Shown: positions 17,693 through 26,900 of the stretch, piece after piece
Layout of the letters: each line of letters begins with the position of its first letter
Numbering within the stretch: position 1 is the first letter of the stretch
Assembly (NCBI GenBank): GCA_035534715.1
Contig: DATLRJ010000138.1
Location: forward strand, 37,266-101,265
DNA: 64,000 nt
Reading direction: 5' to 3'
Origin: Acidimicrobiales bacterium
GTDB taxonomy: Bacteria > Actinomycetota > Acidimicrobiia > Acidimicrobiales > Bog-793
Position numbers and translations under genes: made by a program
Notes under the pieces: model-generated
Told to the model about the DNA's origin: nothing
Database searches by the model: none
Seen by the model: only the letters and a program-made list of their open reading frames with translations

Positions 17693-19105
17693 GTGAACGG
17701 CCCGCTTCCGGGCGGCGGTGGCCTCGTGCTCGTAGATGGCCGCCCGGCTTCGTGGGAGCCCGCCGAGGTCGCGCGCGCGGCGGCGTCGCTCGATGCGGCG
17801 GGCCGCTCGCTCGACGAGCTCGCGTCGGCGTGCCCGCGCGAACGAGCCGAGGTGCTCGCTGCCGCGGCGCTCGTCGTCGATGCGGGACTCGCCGACCGGC
17901 TGTTGGAAGCCACCTGGCGCGGGGTCGACGCCCGCGTCGCGCTCGCGGGAGCGTCGCGCGTCGCGGTGCGGTTCCCGGTCGATCGGGCCCTCGTGTGGTC
18001 TGCGCGACTTCGCGACGGCGGGCTCGCGGCGTTCTGTCCGCTCGTCGGGGGCGCCCGCGACCTCGAGCAGCGGCCGAGCGAGCGCGCGCGCCGCGCCGCG
18101 GTGGCGTGGCGGGCGTTCGCGGACGCGGACGCCCGCGCACTCGCGGTCGCGGCTGCATCGGAGATCGCGAGCCGCAGTGTGTCCGAGTCGTTGAACGAGG
18201 AGCTCGCGGTGCTCGCCCCGGACGTGCGTGCCGAGCTCGACGCGATCGTCGGCGAGGTCGCAGGGGGGCCCGGGCGCCCGAGCCGGGCGTCGGACGGCAC
18301 GAGCACGCGCGTGAGCGTGGTCGTGACGCTCTCGGACGCCGACCCGGCTGGGAGCGCAGAGCGGTGGGAGGAGCTCGTCGGGTCCGGGCGTGACGAGCTC
18401 GTCGCGGCCGTCCTCGCGCCGCATGGTTCCTCCGGCGCTGCGGTGGAGTCGACGGCGGGTGCGAGCGGGCTCGACCGGGAGCCCAGCGGCGCGCTCGCGG
18501 TCGCCGCGAAGCACCGGGCCGCGTGCGACGCGGTGGGTGACGTGCTCGTGTTCGTGGACGGCTCGCTCCACCCCGCCCCGGCGTGGCTGGACGGGATCCT
18601 CCGGACCTTCGAGGAGCATCCCGACGTGGCGGTCGTGGCGCCGTTCGTGCGATGCGAACCTCCCGCGGGTTCGCCTGAGAGCGTCGCCTGCGGTGTGGAG
18701 GTGCTGCTCGATGCGAGGTACGCGCCGACGCTCGCCCTGCGCCCGTGTCCGGTCCCGCCCGACGCGCGGGGGCGCGCACTGCCGGTCGGGGAGCTGCAGT
18801 CGGGGGCCGCCGAGGCGGTCGCGGTCAGGCGGTCGGCGTTCGCCCGAGTCGGTGGCTTCGAGACCTCGCTGCCCGAGCCGTTCGCGACGACCGACCTGTG
18901 CCTTCGGATCGGAGCGCTCGGGCTGCGTGTCGCATCCGCGCCGCAGAGCTCGCTGCGACGACTCGCGACGCGCCACGGGGTCGTGCCACGCCCGGTGACC
19001 GGGGGTGCGGAGCAATTCGACCGTCGCTGGCTCGGTGTCGTGGGCCCGGACCTCGTCGTTGGGTTCGTGCCCGGTGGACGCGTCCCGTCGCGCGAGGAGG
19101 CGTGA
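17693..19105 (+). CDS. GT2-like glycosyltransferase with novel N-terminal module
   Basis: The protein is 470 aa, and its GTG start is uncertain. The C-terminal half carries GT2-like motifs (VLVFVDGSLHPAPAWLDGIL, AVRRSAFARVGGFETSL). The N-terminal ~190 aa include a module shared with the 1478-aa protein. Confidence 0.6.
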   Translation: MNGPLPGGGGLVLVDGRPASWEPAEVARAAASLDAAGRSLDELASACPRERAEVLAAAALVVDAGLADRLLEATWRGVDARVALAGASRVAVRFPVDRALVWSARLRDGGLAAFCPLVGGARDLEQRPSERARRAAVAWRAFADADARALAVAAASEIASRSVSESLNEELAVLAPDVRAELDAIVGEVAGGPGRPSRASDGTSTRVSVVVTLSDADPAGSAERWEELVGSGRDELVAAVLAPHGSSGAAVESTAGASGLDREPSGALAVAAKHRAACDAVGDVLVFVDGSLHPAPAWLDGILRTFEEHPDVAVVAPFVRCEPPAGSPESVACGVEVLLDARYAPTLALRPCPVPPDARGRALPVGELQSGAAEAVAVRRSAFARVGGFETSLPEPFATTDLCLRIGALGLRVASAPQSSLRRLATRHGVVPRPVTGGAEQFDRRWLGVVGPDLVVGFVPGGRVPSREEA

Positions 19106-21162
19106 TGAGCGCTCGCGACCTCGCCCGCCCGGCACTCCTCACGCTCGTGGCGCCCATGTCCGGCACCGGCACGGACGCGCTGGAGGCCCTGCTCGCGACG
19201 TGCGCGTCCCCGTTTCTCGGTGGGACCGAGGTGGTCGTCGGCGTCGACCCGTCACGGGCCGCCGACGCGACGGAGCGCGCGGCCGCGAGCGGAGCGCGCG
19301 TGTCCGTGGTTCCGACGTCGCCCGACGACGTGGGACCGCTGCTCGCGGCGGTGCACACCGCGTACCTCGCCCCTGTTCCGTCCTCGGGCGATCCGGCCAC
19401 TGCTTCGGCACGCCTCGCGCGGTGCGTCGCCGGGCTCGAGTCGAACCCGGGCGCGACCGTTGCCGGATCGGGGCGGTCGGGTTTCGAGCGGGACGTGCCG
19501 ACGCTGGTCGACGGGCGGAGCCTCGCGGCGGCGGCCCTCGCGCGCGGGTGCTCGCCGCACGACGGGTTCGACGCAGTGGTCGTGCGGACCGCGGCGCTCG
19601 GGTCGGAGCGCTCGCTCGTGGGGTTCCACAGTGGCGGCGCCGGCGACTGGACGGACGTGCTCGCGCTCCGGCTCATGCTCCGCGGCCTCGTCTGGTGCGA
19701 CGACGTGGCGGGCGGCCCGCGCGCGGCCGATGGGCCGTCGCCGGCGCGCGCGGAGCGGGTCGCGTCGGACGCGGTGCTCGACGAGGCGCGCGTTCTCGGG
19801 CTCCTCCCGCACGGTGACCGTGCGCGGCTCGCGCTCACCGCGATCGTCGTCGCTGAGGACCCCGGCACGCTGCGAGGCGGGCGGCTCCTCGCGCTCGCGA
19901 GCGCCCGGCGCGCGAGCGCGCTGGTCGAGCGGGTCGTCGTGCTCGAGGACGCCGACGAAGGGCTTGCGGTGCCTGTCGAGGGAGTCGAGTGGCGACAGGT
20001 CGCGCGACAAGGACGCGCGGCCGCGTTGGACGAGCTCGCCGGGGTGCTCGGCCCCACGGTCGTGCTGCACGCCGGGGAGGAGCTCGTCGTCGGTGACGCG
20101 GGACAGTTCGCCGCCCGCCTCGCAGAGATCGGGAGCGGCTCACCCGGCTTCTTGCGGACGCCGTCGGGGGTGGAGGCACGCGTCGCGGACGGCCGTGCCG
20201 TCCGGTTGGAGCCGAAGGTGCAGCTGCTCGGAGGCGAGGCGATCAGGAGCGCCCGCGTCGCGCCGCTCGGGGGGGACGGCGACTGGCTCCGCGTCGCCGC
20301 GGACTCGGCAGGGGCCTCCGCCCGGCGCAGGACGCGGTTCGCGGTGCTCGCTCCCGACTACACGGGAGGGTCGGGCGGGAGCGTGGCGCTCCACCGGCTG
20401 TGCGACCTCCTGAACGCGCGCGGGTGCGACGCGTCGATCGTCCCGCTGGAGGCCGCCGGGATCGTGAACCCCTCGTGGCGCACGCCGGTGATCGAGCGAG
20501 CCGGTGCGCTTCCCGACGACACGATCGCGATCTATCCGGAGGTCGTCGTCGGAAACCCGCTCGGTGCGCGGCGCGTGGTGAGGTGGCTGCTGAACCGCCC
20601 GGGTCGACTGAACGGCGGGCGCGCGATGCAGGAGCGGGCCGAGGACCTTCTCGTCGCCTACGACCCGCAGATTGACGGCTCGCTACCGGTGCTCTGGGTC
20701 CCGATCATCGACCCGACGGTCTTCTTCCCGAAGGACCGTCCGGGGCGCGGGCGGCTGCTCTGGGTCGGAAAGGGCGAGGTTTCCCGTGCGCTCGACCGCT
20801 CGGTCACGACGCTCGTCACGCGGAGCTGGCCGGCGACGAAGGCGGATCTCGCGGACGCGCTTCGCGCCGCGGACGTCTTCGTGACCTGCGACTGGCTCAC
20901 CGCCCTCATCGGCGAGTCCCTGATGTGCGCGACCCCCGTGGTCCTCGTCGACGGCCAGGAGTGGTCGCCGGACGTGCTCGGGTGCTTCGACGTCGCGGCG
21001 CGACGCGGGATCGTGAGGTCGTGCGAGGAGGACGGCGCGATCGAGCGGGCACGTGCCGGAGCGGCGGCCTTCCACGCTGCCTACACGGGTCGCTACGAGC
21101 GAGCTGCCGACGGCGTCGACGCCTTCGTCGAGCTGGTGGGGGAGCACTTCGCGGGCGTGTGA
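19105..21162 (+). CDS. large uncharacterised protein, degenerate GT-A-like N-region and GT-B-like C-region
   Basis: The protein is 685 aa from ATG 19105, overlapping the upstream TGA by 1 nt. The C-terminal region reads FAVLAPDYTGGSGGSVALHRLCDLLNARG...LWVGKG...ADVFVTCDWLTALIGESLMCATPVVLV, suggesting a GT-B fold. The family is not recognised. Confidence 0.5.
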   Translation: MSARDLARPALLTLVAPMSGTGTDALEALLATCASPFLGGTEVVVGVDPSRAADATERAAASGARVSVVPTSPDDVGPLLAAVHTAYLAPVPSSGDPATASARLARCVAGLESNPGATVAGSGRSGFERDVPTLVDGRSLAAAALARGCSPHDGFDAVVVRTAALGSERSLVGFHSGGAGDWTDVLALRLMLRGLVWCDDVAGGPRAADGPSPARAERVASDAVLDEARVLGLLPHGDRARLALTAIVVAEDPGTLRGGRLLALASARRASALVERVVVLEDADEGLAVPVEGVEWRQVARQGRAAALDELAGVLGPTVVLHAGEELVVGDAGQFAARLAEIGSGSPGFLRTPSGVEARVADGRAVRLEPKVQLLGGEAIRSARVAPLGGDGDWLRVAADSAGASARRRTRFAVLAPDYTGGSGGSVALHRLCDLLNARGCDASIVPLEAAGIVNPSWRTPVIERAGALPDDTIAIYPEVVVGNPLGARRVVRWLLNRPGRLNGGRAMQERAEDLLVAYDPQIDGSLPVLWVPIIDPTVFFPKDRPGRGRLLWVGKGEVSRALDRSVTTLVTRSWPATKADLADALRAADVFVTCDWLTALIGESLMCATPVVLVDGQEWSPDVLGCFDVAARRGIVRSCEEDGAIERARAGAAAFHAAYTGRYERAADGVDAFVELVGEHFAGV

Positions 21163-21232
21163 GCCGCGGGCGGGCGGCCGCGCGCCCGGGCGTCCGCCGC
21201 CGGGAGCGCGTCGCGGCGTCACGGTACGGCGC

Positions 21233-23962
21233 TCAGCCGGCGAGCGCGGCGAGCGGCCGGCTCCCGGGCGTTCCACCGGCGCTCGGCTCGCTCACTTGCG
21301 AGCCGAGCGCGCTCGGGTGCACCTGCGCGACGCGCTCGAGCGCCTCACGAACCGCCTCGCCGACTTCCTCCGCGCACGTTCCGCGCGCCACGAACGCCAT
21401 GTGCACGAGGCGCGCGCTCAAGCCCTCGAGCGCGCGGGCGAAGCGCTCCGGCTCCGCGAGCCGGCCGGCGTCGTGCGCCCGGCCGACGAGCTCGAGCCAC
21501 TCGAGGTGCTCGACGACCCCGCCGAGCTCGCGCCCGTACTGGCCGTCGTGGAGCCGCAGCTCGGACTGCGGCTCGGCGACGTACGCGACGTCGCCGCGCT
21601 CGAGGAGCGCGATCCAGGTCGAGACGTCGAGCAGCGACGTGAACTCCTGTCCCCGGTAGGTCGAGAACTCTTCCGGGCGCATCGCGTCCCTGCGGAACAT
21701 CGCGGTGGAGGGCTCGCCGACGAAGTTCACGCCGTGCTCGAGGACCAGGTCGGCGACCATCACCCCGGCGAACACGGTGTCGGCCTCGGCGAGGCGCGAC
21801 GTCGAGGCGATCGGCACGAGGGGGCGGCCGGCGCCGTCGATGACGTCACGGGCGGACGTTGCCACCGACACGCCGGCGCGCGATGTGGCGGCCGCGACGA
21901 GTCGCGCGACGGCCGTCGGCCGGAGTCGATCGTCGGTGTGGACGAACTTCACGTACTCGCCGGTGGCGAGCTCGAGGCACCGGCGGTGGTTTCCGACGAG
22001 GCCGAGGTTCGCGCGGTTCGGCTCGAGTCGCACGCGCTCGTCGACGCGCGCGTACCGCTCGGCGACACGGCGGGCGTCGTCGAGCGAGCAGTCGTCGACC
22101 ACGACGATCTCCAGGTTGTCGTAGGTCTGCGCGAGGACGGAGTCGAGGCACTGCGCGAGGTACTCGGCGTGGTTGTGGACCGGGACGAGGACGCTCACGA
22201 GCGGGCCCGAGACGCTTCGCGGTGCCGGCCCCGCGGACCCCGGTGCGGCGGCCGCGCGCAGGTCGCCGGGGACCCCGACGCGCAGCGCCGGGAGCGAGGC
22301 GAACCGCCCGGACGCGCCGCGGCCGGAGAGCACGCCGACGACCTTCGCGGCGATCTCCTCGCGCTGCGCGTCGCCGTCGCTCGGCGGCAGGATCGCGATC
22401 ACGCGCGGCCCGCCGTCGAGGTCGACGTCGCAGCGGCTCGCGAGCGCCCTGAGCGAGGACTCGTACGCGACCGGGTCGAGACCGGGACCGTAGACGACGA
22501 GCGCGAGGTCCACGTCAGGAGAGGACGCGGCCGCGTACGTCGCGAGGATGCGCTCGTCGTCGAGGAGCTCGCGGGCGTCCGCGAGGACGAGGGAAGGTGA
22601 CGGTGCCGGCGTGTCGCCCGCCACGCGCGCCCCGCCCGCGCCGGGGTCCCGCCCCGGCCGGGGGTCGGTGCGGAGTGCGGCAGGGGCGACCGCGCACTGC
22701 GCGTCGGGCGGCGGGACGGCCTCGCCCGCGGCGAGCGCGCCGACGACGGCCTCGAGGCGCTCGCCGGCGTGCGCCGCGGCCGTCTTCCACTGCCAGGCCC
22801 GCTCGACGTCGGAGCGCGCCCGTGCCCCGATCGAGCGGGCCCGCGCCGGGTCCGCGGCGACGAGCGCGAGGAGGCGCGCGAGGTGCTCGGCCGACGGCTC
22901 GGCCCAGTGCTGGCCCCGATAGTGGGCGACGTCCATGTCGTCGTCGACGGGGACCATCCGCTCGACGTCGACGAGCAGGGAGTTGTCGTCGTTCATGAAC
23001 TCGAGGTTCGCGCTCCAACGCGTGGCGATGACCGGGCGCCCCGTGGCCATGGCCTCGTGCTGCGGTCGTCCCCACCCCTCGCCACGCGACGGTGCGACGT
23101 AGCAGTCGGCCGCGGCGACGAGCCGCGGGACGTCCGAAGGGGGCAAGTGCGCGCCGAGCACGACGATCGGGGCGAGCCGGGACCGGTCGAGCCCGAGCGA
23201 CGCGAGCCCGGCGTCGACCATCAGCTCTGCCGTTCGCTGCGCGTCGCCCACGTTCTCGAACATGCTCCTCGGATACGTCCGCAGCACGAGCGTCGCGTCG
23301 TCGAGCGCGCCGAACGCGAGCGACCAGGACCGCAACAGCACGTCCCATCCCTTGCGATGGCTCCACTCGAACATCGAGAGGAAGACCGTCCCCCGCCGTC
23401 CCGAGATCGGGAGCGGGCTGAGGCCGGGGTGGAAACGACGGGCGTCGACGCCGGCGCCGACGACGGCGATGGGCACGCGCACGCCGGCGGCGCGGAAGGT
23501 CTCGAGGTTGAACTGCGACGGGACCCAGACCTCGTCGACCGTGTTGAGGTTCTCGACGCTCGACGGGTGGAGGCCGTCCGTCTCGAACATCGTGCGCGCG
23601 ATCGTGTAGTCGGCGCCGGAGACCGGCCGGAACGGGGCGGTCGCGGGGAGGTGGAGCACGCCGACGCGCGGGCCCGCGCCGGCGAGGTCCATCGACGCGA
23701 CGAGGTCGGTGAAGAACGCGGGGTCCTCGGCGGCGACCTGCTCGGCGAAGCCGAGCACCGTGTCGACGGGGACGGCCCTGAGCGGGTAGCCGAGCCGGCG
23801 GAGGTGCTTCGCGAAGCCGCGCGCCTCGTCGCCGTAGCCGGTCGGCGTGAACATCGGTGCGATCCAGTCGACGACACCCGGGCAGTGTGTGCCCGGAAGC
23901 CGGGACGCGCCGGCGCCATTGGCGCGCGCACGCCCCCTCAGGTGCGTCGCCCGCGTGCTCAT
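21233..23962 (-). CDS. bifunctional GT4 (N-terminal) + GT2 (C-terminal) glycosyltransferase
   Basis: The protein is 909 aa from ATG 23962 (ATGA overlap). The GT4 motif is SRGEGWGRPQHEAMATGRPVIAT. The GT2 motif is VSVLVPVHNHAEYLAQCLDSVLAQTYDNLEIVVVDDCSLDD. The 1243-aa ORF-track entry is extended at its N-terminus. Confidence 0.8.
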   Translation of the reverse strand: MSTRATHLRGRARANGAGASRLPGTHCPGVVDWIAPMFTPTGYGDEARGFAKHLRRLGYPLRAVPVDTVLGFAEQVAAEDPAFFTDLVASMDLAGAGPRVGVLHLPATAPFRPVSGADYTIARTMFETDGLHPSSVENLNTVDEVWVPSQFNLETFRAAGVRVPIAVVGAGVDARRFHPGLSPLPISGRRGTVFLSMFEWSHRKGWDVLLRSWSLAFGALDDATLVLRTYPRSMFENVGDAQRTAELMVDAGLASLGLDRSRLAPIVVLGAHLPPSDVPRLVAAADCYVAPSRGEGWGRPQHEAMATGRPVIATRWSANLEFMNDDNSLLVDVERMVPVDDDMDVAHYRGQHWAEPSAEHLARLLALVAADPARARSIGARARSDVERAWQWKTAAAHAGERLEAVVGALAAGEAVPPPDAQCAVAPAALRTDPRPGRDPGAGGARVAGDTPAPSPSLVLADARELLDDERILATYAAASSPDVDLALVVYGPGLDPVAYESSLRALASRCDVDLDGGPRVIAILPPSDGDAQREEIAAKVVGVLSGRGASGRFASLPALRVGVPGDLRAAAAPGSAGPAPRSVSGPLVSVLVPVHNHAEYLAQCLDSVLAQTYDNLEIVVVDDCSLDDARRVAERYARVDERVRLEPNRANLGLVGNHRRCLELATGEYVKFVHTDDRLRPTAVARLVAAATSRAGVSVATSARDVIDGAGRPLVPIASTSRLAEADTVFAGVMVADLVLEHGVNFVGEPSTAMFRRDAMRPEEFSTYRGQEFTSLLDVSTWIALLERGDVAYVAEPQSELRLHDGQYGRELGGVVEHLEWLELVGRAHDAGRLAEPERFARALEGLSARLVHMAFVARGTCAEEVGEAVREALERVAQVHPSALGSQVSEPSAGGTPGSRPLAALAG

Positions 23963-26900
23963 CCAGCGACCTCGAGGCGACGCTCGGGCTGTGGCGCGGG
24001 CGGACCTGCATCGCCGCGGGTCGCGGCGTCGAACCCGCGCACGAGCGACCCGGGCGCGGCGTCGGGCTCGCGGGACGCTGCTGAGGCATGCAGCACCGCG
24101 GCGATCCGCTCCGCTGCACGCTCGGCCGCGTGCTGCCAGGTGAAGGCCTCGACGATGCGTTGGCGGCCGCGCGCGCCCTTCGCCCTCGCCGTGTCGGGGT
24201 TGTCGACGACGGCTCGCATCGCTGCTGCGAGCTCGCCTCTGCTCGGCTCGAGCCACCACGCGCCGGCGTCGGTAAGGGTCCAGCTGCCCGGTCGCACGGG
24301 CACCTCGCGCGCAGCGACGAGCCAGGCGTTCCGCTCGTCGCAGAAGTCGCGCGCCGCGCCGCCGTCGGTCACGACGACTGCGAGGCCGGACGCCATCGCC
24401 TCGGCGATCGGCATGCCGAACCCCTCCCCCCGGTACGGGTGCACGAGGGCATCGCAGCTCCGGTAGAGCGCGGCCATCTCGGCGAAGTCGAGATCCCCGT
24501 CGACGATCTCGATCTCGGCGCCCGCGCCGGAGACCGCGGCTCGGACGTCGCGTTCGAGAGACGACGTGCGGTACACGCTGTCCGATCCGAACGGCTTCAG
24601 CACGAGGCAGACGTCGTCGCTCGGTGCGAAGCTCGACAGGTACGTCTCGAGCAGCGCGTCGATGCCCTTGCGCTCGATGAGGCCGCCGACGAAGAGCAGC
24701 TTCGTGCGCTTGCCCGTGCGCAACGGGTACACGTCGCCGTCCGGGCGGAAGCGCTCGACGTCGACCCCGTACGGCACGACGTGGACGTGCTGTGGCGCGA
24801 CTCCGCTCCGGATCGCGCACTCGCGCACCCAGTTCGTCGGCACCCAGAGCTCGTCGACGACGTCGCGGATCGGGGCGATCCACTCGGCGGGGAGGCCGCC
24901 GAACTCCCACGGCTGCATCACGACGAGGCGACCGTCCCGCACCGGTGTGAAGTCGGGCGGCCACTGGTGGCGGATCTCCAGGTCCACCCGGCGCGACGGC
25001 GGGGCGGGCTCGACCGTGATCGCCCGCATCGCGTCCGTGGTGTCGCCCCGGCGAGGCGGGTGCTCACGGGTGCAGGCGCTGAGGTCGTGCTCGCCGCGCG
25101 CGGCGAGCGCGACGAGGAGCTCGCGGTTCATCTGCGACAGGCTCGCGAGGCTGAAGACCTCGCCGCTCACCCGGACACGCGGGCGCCCCGGCGCGGGCGC
25201 GTGCGGCGACGCGGGCGGTACGAGCGGAAGCTCTGCGAGGGGGTCGCCGACGTCGGCCTGCCGTGCCGCTGCGACATCGGGCACGCGCGCAGTCCACGGC
25301 GCGTCCTGCTCGAGCAGCTGTCGCACGCTCGCGAGCGCCGCGTCGAGGTCGTCGTGCGCCCCGCCGAGGGCGATCGACGGGATCCCGGACGCGGCCGCGA
25401 GCGCGTGCCAGGTCTCGGCGTCCTCGGCGAACGGGACGACCGCGACTCGGGCCGCGCGCAGCCAGGTCGTCGGGTCGGCGACCGCGCCGGCGACGACCGC
25501 CGAGGGCACCGGCGCGCCGAGCCGGTCGTGCGGATCGTCCCCGCAGATCACGACCGGGTGGGCCGTCGCGATCGCGGCGAGCGCCGGGCCGACCGACCGC
25601 GCGTACCACGAGAGCTCCGCGTCGCTCCGGCAACGCGAGCTCGCGAGCACAATGACGCCCTCGCGCGACGCGAGGTCGCCGCCGGCCCCGGGAGCGTCGA
25701 CGCGCGCGTCTGGCGCCGGCACGAGCGCGTACGGGACGTCGCTCGCGTGGCGCGGCGAGGAGCCGAGCAGGAGGTCGACCGGCGGGCCCGGGGGGAGGTC
25801 AAGCCCGCCCGAGGCGAGGTCGACGGCGATCGCGCCGGTCGGCAGGACCGCGCGTGCCGCGCCGACGCTCGAGACCGCGCGGGCGGTCACGAGGACCGTG
25901 TCGAAGGGGCGCTCCGCCGCGCACCGCGCGATCGACGACCTCGCGGCCTTGTCGTCCTCCGCCCGCGACAGAAGGCCGCTCGTCGTCCATCCGCGCAGGC
26001 GCACTCCCCGGCGCTCGAGCATGGCGCTCGAGGCCTGCGAGGGGTCCGGTGCGAGCAGCGTCACGTCGTGGCCGGCTCGTGCGAGCACGAGCGCGAGCCC
26101 GACCGCCCGCGGGTTGCACGACTCGCGGTCCACGACGAGCACCGAGCGCGCCACCCGGGGGCCGGACGCGGACGGCGGAGCGACTGCGCCGGCGGCGTCC
26201 GCAGCAGCCGTGCGCACGCGTTCGAAGCGCGCGGCGAGCGCCGGCGCGATGGCCGACACCTCGGTGGCGACGGTCGCCGCGTCGACGGTGTCGAGCGCGA
26301 GCGCCGCGGCGGTGAACGTGAGCCGGGCGCGTGGATCGCCGAAGACTGCGCAGGCCGCGGCCGCCGCGAGTACCCGGTCGCGCGGCGCGATGCGGGAGTC
26401 CGCGGACGTCGCGACGAGCGGGCACGCGGACGAGAGGCCCGCGGCGCGCAACCGCGAGGACCAGACGAGTTGGCGGGAGACGTCGAGCCGCCGCGCGACG
26501 TGTGTCGCGGCGGCGAGCACGGGCGTCGAGGCGGGCGCTCGCTCGTACCACGAGTCGAGCGTCCGGTCGGCGACCGCCGGCTGCAGCTGGAGCAGCTGCG
26601 GGACGAAGTGCTGGAGCCGGTCGCCGATCGCGTCGTAGGCCTCCTGCGGACCACGCCCCGCGGCGTCGAGGCACTCGAGCAGCAGGCCGACGTGGGCGTC
26701 GACCCCGCCGCTCTCTTGGATCGAGCCGAGCAGCGCGTCGGCAGCCTCGCCGTGGCGACCGAGCCCGACGAGGGCCTGGGCCTCGGGCACGGCGACCGTC
26801 GCGCGCGAGTACTCGAACCCGTCCTCGTCGATCGCGTCGCGGACACGTCCGAAGTGCTCGAGCGCCCGGTCGTGCTGATCGAGCGCGAGGTGGGCGGCAC

